Positions 10,500 to 19,870 of a DNA stretch of 64,000 nucleotides are shown here, one piece after another (the stretch's first letter is position 1; each line of letters opens with the position of its first letter). The DNA comes from Nannocystis bainbridge (lineage in GTDB: Bacteria; Myxococcota_A; Polyangia; Nannocystales; Nannocystaceae). The notes beneath the pieces were generated by a model. It had not been told where the DNA came from. It worked only from the letters and a program-made list of their open reading frames with translations, and ran no database searches. Where the stretch lies: the NCBI RefSeq assembly GCF_028368995.1, contig NZ_JAQNDL010000001.1, forward strand, positions 3,424,001-3,488,000. Direction: 5' to 3'. The position numbers and the translations under genes were made by a program.

Positions 10500-12095
10500 C
10501 TACCACAACCCGGCCGCGCGCAGCTGCTGCAGCGCCCGCTGCAGCACCTCTTCGGGCGGCCCCCCGCCGTCGATCTCCGCGGCGATCGCCGCGTGCTCGG
10601 GGCGCAGCGGCTGCCACGCGGACCGCGCCTGCAGGTACACCGTCACGTCCGCGTCCGACACGTCACCTGTCCTGCGGGACAGGCGCTCGCGGACCGTCGC
10701 CTCGTCGGCGGTGCACACCAGGATCTGCGCCGGCACCCCGAGCGCCTCGGCCAGCGCGACGAACGGGGCGCGCTGCGAGTCGAGCTTGAAGTTGGCGTCG
10801 ACGACCACGCGCTCGCCCTCCGACAGGCGGGCCTCGGTCAGCTCGCGGCAGACCTCGTAGGTGCGCTCGGTCCACGCCGGCGTGTACACCGAAGCGTCGG
10901 CCGGGGCCTCGCTCGGCAGGCCCGCCAGCTGCTTGCGGACCGCGTCGGAGCGGACCCACGAGAAGCCCTCGCCGGCCAGCGCGCGCGCCAGCGTCGACTT
11001 GCCGGTCCCGGGCAGGCCCATCACCAGCAGCAGGCACGGGGCCAGCGCCGGCGCCTGCAGCTCGCGCAGGGCCAGCAGCAGGTAGCGGCGGGCTCGCGCC
11101 TCGGCCACCCGCGCCTCCGCCTCGGGCACCTCCGCCTCGCGGGCCTTGAACGCCTCGACCTTGGCCCGCACCGTCGCGCGGTAGGCCACGTACAGCGGCA
11201 GCAGCGCGCGCCCCTCGCTCGCCTCGTCCTCGGGCGCCGCCGCGAAGTAGCCCTCGGCCAGCGCGTCGGCCAGGTCGCGCCGGCCGACCTCGCGCAGGTC
11301 CATCACCAAAAACGCCAGATCGGCCACCGGGTCGGCGCAGCGGAACTGCTCGCCGAACTCGATGCAGTCGATCACCAGCAGGTCTTCGGGCGCCTCGCGC
11401 TCCGGGGACCAGTACACGTGCTCGAGCCGCAGATCGCCGTGGGTGTCGCGCGGCACGTGCCGGCGCGCGCGCCCGTCGATCGCCGCGTGCCCGCGGGCCA
11501 GCGCCTCCTCCGTGGCCCGCTCGACCCGCGTCAGCAGCTGCTCCGTCACCACCCCGAGCCCCGCCAGCTGCACGAAATTCTGGCGGCAGTTGCCGGCCAC
11601 CGCCGCGAACGTCGCCCACGCCGACACCGCCGGCCCGCGCCGCGCCCGCGCGTGGAAGCCCGCGATCGTCGCCCCGAGCCGCTGCATCAGCCCCGCGTCG
11701 GCCTCGCCGGCGGCCACGCGCGCGCCGAGCCGGGCCGCGTCGGGCAGCCGCCGCATGTGCACCACCCAGTCGACCACCTCGAGGTCGCCGCCCTCGTCGA
11801 GCTCGCGGCCGACCTTCAGCGCGTCGTCGATCTGTACGACGGGCAATGTCCCGAAGTACACGTCAGGCGCGAGCCGGCGGTTGAGCTCGACCTCGAGCTG
11901 ACAGAAGTGGCGCCGGCGCGACAGCGTCGAGTAGTCGAGGAACTCGAGGTCGACCGGCTTCTTCAGCTTGTAGACGTCGTCCTCGACCAGGAACACCACC
12001 GAGACGTGGGTCTGGACCACCTCGACGCGGACCCCCTCGGCCCGCCCGAAGGCGCGGGGATCCGAGAGGGCTTCGATCAGCGCGGCGAGCTCCAT
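10500..12095 (-). CDS. Aminoglycoside-phosphotransferase-like kinase fused to a P-loop kinase (AAA_33)
   Basis: QTHVS, YKLKKPV, HGDLRLEH and DCIEF motifs; C-terminal GLPGTGKST and SDA motifs. Confidence 0.9.
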   Translation of the reverse strand: MELAALIEALSDPRAFGRAEGVRVEVVQTHVSVVFLVEDDVYKLKKPVDLEFLDYSTLSRRRHFCQLEVELNRRLAPDVYFGTLPVVQIDDALKVGRELDEGGDLEVVDWVVHMRRLPDAARLGARVAAGEADAGLMQRLGATIAGFHARARRGPAVSAWATFAAVAGNCRQNFVQLAGLGVVTEQLLTRVERATEEALARGHAAIDGRARRHVPRDTHGDLRLEHVYWSPEREAPEDLLVIDCIEFGEQFRCADPVADLAFLVMDLREVGRRDLADALAEGYFAAAPEDEASEGRALLPLYVAYRATVRAKVEAFKAREAEVPEAEARVAEARARRYLLLALRELQAPALAPCLLLVMGLPGTGKSTLARALAGEGFSWVRSDAVRKQLAGLPSEAPADASVYTPAWTERTYEVCRELTEARLSEGERVVVDANFKLDSQRAPFVALAEALGVPAQILVCTADEATVRERLSRRTGDVSDADVTVYLQARSAWQPLRPEHAAIAAEIDGGGPPEEVLQRALQQLRAAGLW

Positions 12096-12227
12096 GGCGT
12101 CCTCGAAGGCTGCCACGGCCGGCCCCCGCCCGTCCATGTGCGAGTGTCACGATCGCACGCTCCCGCGATCGCGTATCGCCCGATGACGGCGACCTCACGC
12201 GCTCGCCGGGCGCCGCGAACGCCGACC

Positions 12228-13709
12228 TCACGGCAGCAGCCGCAGCGCCTCGAGCCGGCGGACCACCCGTTGATTGACGTCGGGCACGAAGCAGGTCGAG
12301 TGCTCGTGCGCCCCGACGTCCTCGGCGAGCGCCAGCCGCGGCGGCGCCGCGCCGGCCCAGTGTCCGCTCACGCCGGCGTCGAGCCCCTGGGCGCTGACGA
12401 TCGGCACCGTGCCGTCGCCCCCGCCGGCCACCGGCACCGCCCGGCGCCCCCGCGGCAGGTCCCAGCGGTACGCCGTCTCGGTCGCCATGCCCCCGGCGTA
12501 CAGCATGAACGTGCGCGGGTGCGCGTAGCCGGCCAGCATGCGGTGCAGCGCTTGCGCGCAGCCGACCCCGCCCCGCAGCGTCGCCCGGTAGACGTCCCAC
12601 CGCGCCAGCGCCCGGGCCGCGCGGGCCCGGTCGGCCCGCAGCCGCATCTCGTGGAACTCGGGGAAGCGCCCGTCCCACTCGTCGTCGAGCTGGATGAGCC
12701 GCGCCTCCGAGGCCCGCGTCAGCGCGTCGGGCGCGTCGCCGAGGCCCTCGCCGAGCAGCGTCTGCAGGTCGGCCGCCGGCAGCTCCGGCACCACGCTGCG
12801 CGGCCCGCCGGACAGGTACTCGGCGTAGATGTCGGCCGCCGGGGCCACCTGTCCCGAAGGACCGGTGAGCCAACCCTCGTAGACCTGGTTCGGCATCAGC
12901 TGCAGCGGCCCCTCGGTCCCGCTCATCAGCATCGTGTAGCCCCACCAGGTCCCGCCGAGGATCCCGGCGAAGATCTTGCCCTCGAGCCCGGTCGCCCGCT
13001 CGTTGCCGAGGCCCTCGACGAACCGGCGGTAGGCCACCACCGCGCCGTTGCACGGCTGGACCACGTGGACCACGCCCTTGACCAGGTTGGCGACGCCGCA
13101 GCCGGCCGGCGCGCAGGCGTAGCGGGCCACCAGCCCGCCCATGCTGTGCGTCACCAGCACCACCTTGTCGACGCCGTGCTTGTCGAGCACATAGCGGATC
13201 CGCCGCGCCAGCAGCGTCGCCCCGTTCGAGACCGTGCGCCGCCAGTCGTAGCCGAACGCGTACACCGGGTGCGCGCCGGCGGCGTAGGTCCCGCTGTTGA
13301 ACGCGACCTCGAGCGCCTTGAGGATCGCGTAGTAATAGCCCTGCGACACCCCGCCCCAGCCGCGCTGGCGGCCGTAGAAGCCCGGGTCGCCGTTCGGATC
13401 GACCGCGCGCCAGATCTTCTCGAGCTCCTTGTCCCACGCGATCGAGTCGCTGAGGACCTCGCCGATCCCGGTGTGCACGCTGAGCAATTCGGCCGCCCGC
13501 TCGGCCGAGCGCATCGACCAGCCGATCAGGTTCTTCTTGCTGTCCGGGTCCCACAGCTCGTTGTGCGCCGTCAGGCGCAGGCGCGAGCCCATCACCCCCG
13601 GCACGAACACGATCGGCAGCGGCTTGCCGGTGCGCAGCGTGTTCTCCTTGCCCTGCTCGAAGATCCGCGCCGCCTCGATCTCGCGCACCGTCAGCTGGTC
13701 GTCCGCCAT
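12228..13709 (-). CDS. Alpha/beta-hydrolase (LCAT/PGAP1-like lipase), candidate T6SS effector
   Basis: FVPGVMGS, FGYDWR, THSMGG nucleophile elbow, GDGTVP and HEH motifs. No signal peptide. Confidence 0.85.
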   Translation of the reverse strand: MADDQLTVREIEAARIFEQGKENTLRTGKPLPIVFVPGVMGSRLRLTAHNELWDPDSKKNLIGWSMRSAERAAELLSVHTGIGEVLSDSIAWDKELEKIWRAVDPNGDPGFYGRQRGWGGVSQGYYYAILKALEVAFNSGTYAAGAHPVYAFGYDWRRTVSNGATLLARRIRYVLDKHGVDKVVLVTHSMGGLVARYACAPAGCGVANLVKGVVHVVQPCNGAVVAYRRFVEGLGNERATGLEGKIFAGILGGTWWGYTMLMSGTEGPLQLMPNQVYEGWLTGPSGQVAPAADIYAEYLSGGPRSVVPELPAADLQTLLGEGLGDAPDALTRASEARLIQLDDEWDGRFPEFHEMRLRADRARAARALARWDVYRATLRGGVGCAQALHRMLAGYAHPRTFMLYAGGMATETAYRWDLPRGRRAVPVAGGGDGTVPIVSAQGLDAGVSGHWAGAAPPRLALAEDVGAHEHSTCFVPDVNQRVVRRLEALRLLP

Positions 13710-13718
13710 CCCCGCTCC

Positions 13719-14552
13719 TCAGTGTCGCGCCACGCTGGCGACCATCGCCGAAAACCCCGCCGCGCCGATCGCCTCGCGCTCGCGCTCGACCACCACCAGC
13801 CGCAGCGACAGCCCCGGCGCCGCGGCCACCCGCGCCCACGTCGATCCCAGCACCGTCCCGTACGGGTCGCAGCGGTCGAGCCGCCACGCGCCCCACACCG
13901 CCTCGGCGCTCGCCAGCAGCGTCTCGCCGGCCGCCAGCGGCACCACCACCAGCAGCTCGTCCGGCCCGGCGCCGCCCCACGCCTCGAACTCGGGCGCCCC
14001 GGGCATGTCCGAAGCGCCCTGGTCCAAGAGACAGATCACGAGCTCGCCGGCGGCCGCGAACCGGTACACCCGCGGCGGCCGCAGCCACGTCGGCAGCGCC
14101 AGCGGGGCCCCGAAGGCCCGCCGCTCGGCCCAGCCCGGCGGCAGCGAGCCGCCGCCGACGGCCGCGACCAGGGCCATGAACACGGTGTCGGCCCACTCGC
14201 GCGCGCTCTCGAAGCGCAGCGTCCACATCCGCCCCAGCGGGTCGCGCAGGGCCGCCACCCACACCCCGCCGACGATCTCCGGGTCGGTGATCGCCAGCGT
14301 GTGGGCCGGCCCGAGCCCGGTCTCGACCTGTCCTTCGGGCCAGCCCGGGTCGCCGCCGAGGGCCCGCGCCGCGCTCCTGCGGTTGGCCGCGATCAGGTCG
14401 GCCGGGCGCACGTCGGCCGGCAGCAGCTCGGTCTCGATCGTCAGCCGGTCCGCATCGCCGCCGCCGGCCTCCTCGAACACATAGCCGGTGCGGTCCTCCA
14501 GCTCGTCGGGCACGTCCACCGCGTACGGGTCGCACAGTCGCAGCACTTCCAC
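13719..14552 (-). CDS. Hypothetical protein, possible DcrB/DUF1795-like adaptor
   Basis: N-terminal VPDELEDRTGYVF resembles the DcrB-type motif; sits directly upstream of the lipase. Confidence 0.5.
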   Translation of the reverse strand: MEVLRLCDPYAVDVPDELEDRTGYVFEEAGGGDADRLTIETELLPADVRPADLIAANRRSAARALGGDPGWPEGQVETGLGPAHTLAITDPEIVGGVWVAALRDPLGRMWTLRFESAREWADTVFMALVAAVGGGSLPPGWAERRAFGAPLALPTWLRPPRVYRFAAAGELVICLLDQGASDMPGAPEFEAWGGAGPDELLVVVPLAAGETLLASAEAVWGAWRLDRCDPYGTVLGSTWARVAAAPGLSLRLVVVEREREAIGAAGFSAMVASVARH

Positions 14553-14553
14553 C

Positions 14554-15189
14554 TCACATCCCGTACAGCTCGCGCAGCTTGGCCTGCGTCGCCGCGTCGA
14601 GCTCGCCGCTCGCCGGCAGCCCCTCGCGCAGCTGCAGGCCCCACAGCGCCAGCGCCGTCGCGTCGTCGAGATCGCCGCTGACGCGCCCGTGATAGAGGCC
14701 GAGCTGCCGCAGCCGCGCCTGCGCCCCCGACACCTCCGACACCGGGTCGAGGTGCCCGAGTCGCAGCCGGTACATCAACTTGCGCTCGGGGAACTCGACC
14801 ACCGCCTCGGTCGCCTGGCTGCCGATCGGCTCGACCAGTCGTCCGTCGCCGTCGGTCACGCCCTCGCGGACGGGCTCTTCCATCCCTGTCACAAAGAACC
14901 TGTACGAAGCGCCAGCCACCGGTGCATCGCCCTCGACGAACCGCAGCCGCACCTCCGCGGCCGCCGGCGCCAGCTTGAACCTGTGCGACGCCCCGGTGGC
15001 CCGCGTCTCCCACTTCGGCGGCGGCTCCGGCACGAACAGCGCGTCGCCCGGCAGCAGCGCGCTCGGATCGCGGGCCCGCTCGCGCAGCGCCGCGTTGTTC
15101 GGGTGGTCCCACAGCTCGCGCCAGTCGACGCCGAGGCGCGCCGCGATGCTCCCCGCGCACTCTCCCTGCGCCACCCGGTGACTCGCCAT
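14554..15189 (-). CDS. LysM + prealbumin-like + peptidoglycan-binding domain protein
   Basis: HRVAQGE..SIA..LWDHPNN..LLPGD (LysM); GVTDGDG middle domain; QARLRQLG..ATALAL..LQ..GL..SG (PG_binding_1). Confidence 0.85.
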   Translation of the reverse strand: MASHRVAQGECAGSIAARLGVDWRELWDHPNNAALRERARDPSALLPGDALFVPEPPPKWETRATGASHRFKLAPAAAEVRLRFVEGDAPVAGASYRFFVTGMEEPVREGVTDGDGRLVEPIGSQATEAVVEFPERKLMYRLRLGHLDPVSEVSGAQARLRQLGLYHGRVSGDLDDATALALWGLQLREGLPASGELDAATQAKLRELYGM

Positions 15190-15491
15190 CGCCCCGCCAC
15201 GGTATCCGCCCGCCCCGCCCGCCGACAAGCCGGACCCGCCGCGCGCCCCCGCTCCGGGGCGCCTCCGCGCCCCGCGAAACCGCGCACGCAAATCATATGT
15301 CCCTTCAGACATGTCCATGAGGACATTCGATAATCACGCCCTGCGAGATCTCGCCGGACCGACTCACGCCGCTGCACAAAGGCAGAAGCGAGAGCAGCCG
15401 TCCGCTGCAGCGCGGCTTGCGAGCGTCGCCCGCAGCCCACACCGGCGGGCTGATTCGACCTCGACGATCGTGGTCCCGAACTCGCCCGCGC

Positions 15492-16031
15492 TCACTCGGC
15501 GGCCGACCACATGCTCGCGCCGCGCTTCGGGAACGTGACCTTGCACGACCCTGGCGGCAGCCCGCGCACCACCGCCTTGCCGTCGACGCCGAGCGAGCCG
15601 CGCAGCTGCCGGCCGTCGGCCAGCTCGATCACGTACGGCTCCCACGCCACTGGTGCCCCGTGATCGTCGACCAGCTCGAGCCCGATCCACTCGGTCTCGA
15701 CCAGCTTCGTATCGCCCTCCTCGGCCGCCGGCTCGCCCGCGCTGCGGCCCGCCTGACCGGACTCGCGCGCCGGCGCCTCGCGCTCGTGGACGATCTGCCC
15801 GCGCCGCAGCAGATCGATCAGCACCGTCTGCAGCGCCGCCCGCTCCAGCCGCGACGCATCGATCGCCGCCGCCGCGAACACCAGCCCGCGCAGCGCCGCA
15901 GCGGACTCGGGCGTCAGCGCCAGCGCCTCGATCGTGCGCGCTGCGACCTCGCGGCTCAGCCCCGCGCCGCGGCCGGCCGCGAACCACCATTGCTCGCCGA
16001 AGCGCCCTGCGATCGCCACCCGTCGGGCCAC
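15492..16031 (-). CDS. Hypothetical protein with C-terminal transthyretin/prealbumin-like domain
   Basis: WIGLELVDDHGAPV..EPY..G.L..DG.A...LPPG.C.VTFP pattern. Confidence 0.7.
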   Translation of the reverse strand: MARRVAIAGRFGEQWWFAAGRGAGLSREVAARTIEALALTPESAAALRGLVFAAAAIDASRLERAALQTVLIDLLRRGQIVHEREAPARESGQAGRSAGEPAAEEGDTKLVETEWIGLELVDDHGAPVAWEPYVIELADGRQLRGSLGVDGKAVVRGLPPGSCKVTFPKRGASMWSAAE

Positions 16032-16150
16032 GCCGCGAATCTACACCAGCCGCCTCGCGCCCGCCGCGATCGAGACCGCGCCGCGCTCTCGCGCGCCTCA
16101 CTTCGACTCGCCGGCCGCTCGCCCGCGTGCAACACTGCTGCCGCGCCGCG

Positions 16151-18400
16151 ATGAACGATCACGCCTCGGACGACCGCAGCGGCCTCCTCGCTGCCACGCG
16201 CTACAGCTTCACCTGCAAGGGCACCCAGGGCGTCGTCTGGCACGTCCGCCGCTTCGACCTCGTCGAATCGATGTCCGAGCCCTACCGCCTCCACCTCGAG
16301 ATCCTCACCGACGACCTGTCCGTCGATCCGGGCGACCTCCTCGGGGCCGAGTGCGACTTCTTCATCGAGCGCGACGTCGCCGCCCGGGCCGTCTACGGCG
16401 TCGTCGCCCGCATGCAGGAGCTCGGCGTCGTCACCGACCGCCTCGTCCTCGGTATCGACCTCGTGCCCGCGCTCGCCTTGCTCGGCCAGGTCGTCAACAC
16501 CCGCTTCTTTCAGGAGCAGAACGTCCCCGACATCCTGCGCCAGGTGTTGGAGCCCGGGCTCGAGCTCGAGGGTCGGCGGCTGCGCCTCGACCTCGACGCC
16601 GCCGCTTACGAGCCGCGCGAGTACTGCGTCCAGTTCCGCGAGACCGACCTCGAGTTCGCCGCGCGGCTCATGCAGGAGGAGGGCATCCTCTACTACTTCG
16701 AGCACCCGGTGAACGGCGGCCCCGAGGTCCTCGTGCTCGCCGGCGGCAGCGACCGTTGCAAGCCGCTGCCGCTCGAGGGTGGGCGCGAGCAGATCGACTA
16801 CCTCGCGCGGCAGACCGGCACCGCCCTGCGTCAGTCGATCGACAGCCTGACCCCGACCTGGTCGCTGCGGACCACCTCGATCGTCCAGCGCGACTTCGAC
16901 TGGCTGCACCCCAGCGACTCGCCGTACCAGCGCGAGCGGCGATCGAAGGACCCTCGCGGCCGCGACCGCGAGGTCTACGACCACGACGAGCTGCGGCTCC
17001 ACCGCGACGACGGCGTCAAGCGGGCCAAGCGCAAGCTCGAGCAGCAGTCGGCCCAGACCCGCGTGTACCTCGGGACAGGCGACGTCACCGAGCTCGCGCC
17101 CGGCCACACCTTCACCCTCCTGGGTCACCCGCAGCCGCAGCTCGACCGCGAGTACCTGCTCGTGCGCGTGCGCCACCGCGGCGCCGCGCCCGAGGAGGAC
17201 ATGTACGCCAGCGCCCGCGGCGAGACCCGCTACGACAACGAGTTCGAGGCCATCCCCGCCGACGTGCCGTGGCGGCCCGAGCCCACCCTCACCCGTCCGC
17301 GCGCTCATGGGCCGCAGACCGCGATCGTCGTCGGCCCTGCCGGCGAAGAGGTGCACACCGACGAGCACGGGCGCATCAAGGTCCATTTTCACTGGGACCG
17401 GATCTCCCCCTTCGACGACACTGCCTCTTGCTGGATCCGCGTCGCCCAGAAGTGGGCCGGTCCATCGTGGGGCGCCGTCTTCATCCCGCGCGTCGGCATG
17501 GAGGTCCTCGTCGAATTCCTCGACGGCGACCCCGACCGCCCCGTCGTCACCGGTTGCGTCTACAACGGCCAGAACCGGCCGCCTTACGACCTGCCGCAGG
17601 AGAAGACCAAGAGCACGATGAAGTCCGACTCCAGCCCTGGCGGCGGTGGTTCGAACGAGATCCGCTTCGAGGACGCGGCCGGGGCCGAGGAGATCTTCAT
17701 CCACGGTCAGCTCGACATGAACACCGACGTCATCCGCGACACCACGCGCAAGAGCGGTCGCGACGACTCGAGCAACGTCGGTCGCCACCAGAAGGACGCC
17801 GTCGGGGTCAACCGCACCGCCAGCGTCGGCAACAACGAGACCATGACCGTCGGCGTCGACCAGTCGCTCACTGTCGGCAACAACCAGACGATCAGCGTCG
17901 GCGTCAACCAGAGCCTCACTGTCGGCTCGATGCAGAACGAGACTGTCGGCGCCAACCAGACGATCAGCGTCGGCGCCAACCAGAGCTCGACCATCGGCGC
18001 CAATCAGTCGACCACCGTCGGCGCCAGCATGACCCTCAGCGTCGGCGGCTCGATGAGCGTGACCGGCGGCGGCAGCAGCACCACCGGCATCGGCGGCAGC
18101 AGCAGCACCACGATCGGCGGCAACGACACCACCAGCGTCGGCGGCAGCAGCACCACCAACGTCGGCGGCGCCACCACGATGACCTTCTCCACCGCCCACG
18201 ACCTCAACGTCGGCGCCGCGCGGACCACCAACATCGGCGGCGGCGACACCCTCAACGTCACCGGCGCGCTGAAGATCACCGCCGCCTCGATCACGCTCTC
18301 GGCCGGCGGCTCGACCATCGACATCGGCCCGGGCGGTGTCACGATCTCCGCCGGCGCGATCGTCTCGATCACCGGCGCCATGGTCAATGTCAACACTTAG
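16151..18400 (+). CDS. vgrG: Type VI secretion spike protein VgrG (TssI)
   Basis: REYCVQFRETD, EEGILYYF, GPQTAIVVGP, DEHGRIKV, PRVGMEV, GDPDRP and NEIRFED motifs; long gp5-type beta-helix repeats. Confidence 0.96.
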   Translation: MNDHASDDRSGLLAATRYSFTCKGTQGVVWHVRRFDLVESMSEPYRLHLEILTDDLSVDPGDLLGAECDFFIERDVAARAVYGVVARMQELGVVTDRLVLGIDLVPALALLGQVVNTRFFQEQNVPDILRQVLEPGLELEGRRLRLDLDAAAYEPREYCVQFRETDLEFAARLMQEEGILYYFEHPVNGGPEVLVLAGGSDRCKPLPLEGGREQIDYLARQTGTALRQSIDSLTPTWSLRTTSIVQRDFDWLHPSDSPYQRERRSKDPRGRDREVYDHDELRLHRDDGVKRAKRKLEQQSAQTRVYLGTGDVTELAPGHTFTLLGHPQPQLDREYLLVRVRHRGAAPEEDMYASARGETRYDNEFEAIPADVPWRPEPTLTRPRAHGPQTAIVVGPAGEEVHTDEHGRIKVHFHWDRISPFDDTASCWIRVAQKWAGPSWGAVFIPRVGMEVLVEFLDGDPDRPVVTGCVYNGQNRPPYDLPQEKTKSTMKSDSSPGGGGSNEIRFEDAAGAEEIFIHGQLDMNTDVIRDTTRKSGRDDSSNVGRHQKDAVGVNRTASVGNNETMTVGVDQSLTVGNNQTISVGVNQSLTVGSMQNETVGANQTISVGANQSSTIGANQSTTVGASMTLSVGGSMSVTGGGSSTTGIGGSSSTTIGGNDTTSVGGSSTTNVGGATTMTFSTAHDLNVGAARTTNIGGGDTLNVTGALKITAASITLSAGGSTIDIGPGGVTISAGAIVSITGAMVNVNT

Positions 18401-19673
18401 CCGACTCGCCTGCGCGCTCGCGTGGATGGCCGCCTGCGGCCCCGCGGCGCCCGGCGAGAGCAGCGGCTCCGACACCGAGGTCACCACCGCCGAGGTCACC
18501 ACCTCCGAGGTCACCACCTCCGTGGTCACCACCTCCGGCGATGCGCCGACCACCGGCGGCGGGCCGCTCGACTGCGACGCCGTGTGCGACGCGCCCTGGA
18601 CCTTCGAGGGCCACCTCTCGATCACCCCGGAGCTCGACCCGGCGCAGTTCGAGTGCATGCGCGAGGTCACCGGCAACCTCCACCTGACCGGCTTCACCGG
18701 CCCGCTCCCGACCCAGCTGCGCGCGCTCCAGCGGGTCGGCGGATTCATGGTCGTGTTCGCCAACGACGGCCTCGCCGACCTCGCGGGGCTCGAGTGCCTG
18801 CGCCGCAGCGAGGCCCTGTTCCTCGAGGAGAACCCCGCGCTGGTCGACGTCGCTGCGCTCGCCGGCATGGAGGCGACCACGTCCCTGGCCGTGCACCTGT
18901 GCGACGCCCTCGCCGACCTCTCGCCGCTGGCGAACCTCACCGGCGTCCGCCAGCTCAGCTTCCGCTCCGACCCGGTCCTCGCCACGCTGCCCGCGTTGCC
19001 GGTCGGGACCGTGCTCGACCGCCTGACGGTCGAACATTGCCCCGCGCTGAAAGACCTCGACGCCTTGGCCGGCGTCCGCGGCACGCCCCTGGTGATCCAG
19101 CTGCTGCGCTCGTCCGGGCTCGTCAGCATCGCCGGCCTCGGCGGGCTGTGGGACGCGGGCGATCTGTCGAGCGCGATGTTGATCTTGCACGACCTCCCGC
19201 AGCTCGGGTCACTCGCCGGCCTCGAGGCCCTGCCCGCCGCCGGCACGCTCGAGCTGTCCGCGTTGCCGCAGCTCGACTCGCTGGCGCCGCTCGCCGGCCT
19301 GCGCGCGGTCGAAGAGCTGCAGCTCCACGATCTCCCGGCCCTGAAGTCGTTGGCGGGCATGACCGGCCTCGAGCGCCTCGGCACCCTGCAGATCGGCCGC
19401 TGCGAGCCCGACAGCGGCCTCCCGATCGTCGATCTCGCCGGCCTCGACGCGGTGACCGAGCTGCACGCGATCCACCTCGACGACAACCCCGCGTTGCAGT
19501 CGCTCGCCGGCCTCGACGCGCTCGTCACCGGCCCTGACGAGGTCATCGCCGTCGACAATCCCGTGCTCGATCCGGCTGCGTTCGCCGCCTTCGTCGCCGC
19601 GCACGCCGTGCCCACCAGTTGCCACAGCCCACCCGGGGCGTGCAGCTGCGACTGGGCCGACGCCGTGCCGTGA
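18387..19673 (+). CDS. Leucine-rich repeat / receptor-L-domain lipoprotein
   Basis: Lipobox AAC, repeated P.L.SL.GL..L units. Start overlaps the vgrG 3' end. Confidence 0.8.
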   Translation: MSTLSRLACALAWMAACGPAAPGESSGSDTEVTTAEVTTSEVTTSVVTTSGDAPTTGGGPLDCDAVCDAPWTFEGHLSITPELDPAQFECMREVTGNLHLTGFTGPLPTQLRALQRVGGFMVVFANDGLADLAGLECLRRSEALFLEENPALVDVAALAGMEATTSLAVHLCDALADLSPLANLTGVRQLSFRSDPVLATLPALPVGTVLDRLTVEHCPALKDLDALAGVRGTPLVIQLLRSSGLVSIAGLGGLWDAGDLSSAMLILHDLPQLGSLAGLEALPAAGTLELSALPQLDSLAPLAGLRAVEELQLHDLPALKSLAGMTGLERLGTLQIGRCEPDSGLPIVDLAGLDAVTELHAIHLDDNPALQSLAGLDALVTGPDEVIAVDNPVLDPAAFAAFVAAHAVPTSCHSPPGACSCDWADAVP

Positions 19674-19870
19674 TTCGCCCTGCCACGGGCATGCCTGGTC
19701 TCCTGTCGTGACCCGGCGCGGCGGGTCCGCGACGAACGTCCCTCCTTTCCGCGCCCGTGCGGGCCGCCTCGGTGCAAATGTCCTTCGAGACAGGTTGCTC
19801 GGGGCAGCATGCGGCCGCCGGTCCGTGAGGTCGTGTTGCGCGGCGTGGCGTCGCCGCGTATCGTCGCGGC

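Noticed and set aside
10593-14681. 1362-aa plus-strand ORF
   Set aside because: Antisense to the kinase, lipase and adaptor genes, which carry the real motifs.
17760-18390. Periodic repeats in the vgrG 3' end
   Set aside because: Expected gp5-type beta-helix repeats.
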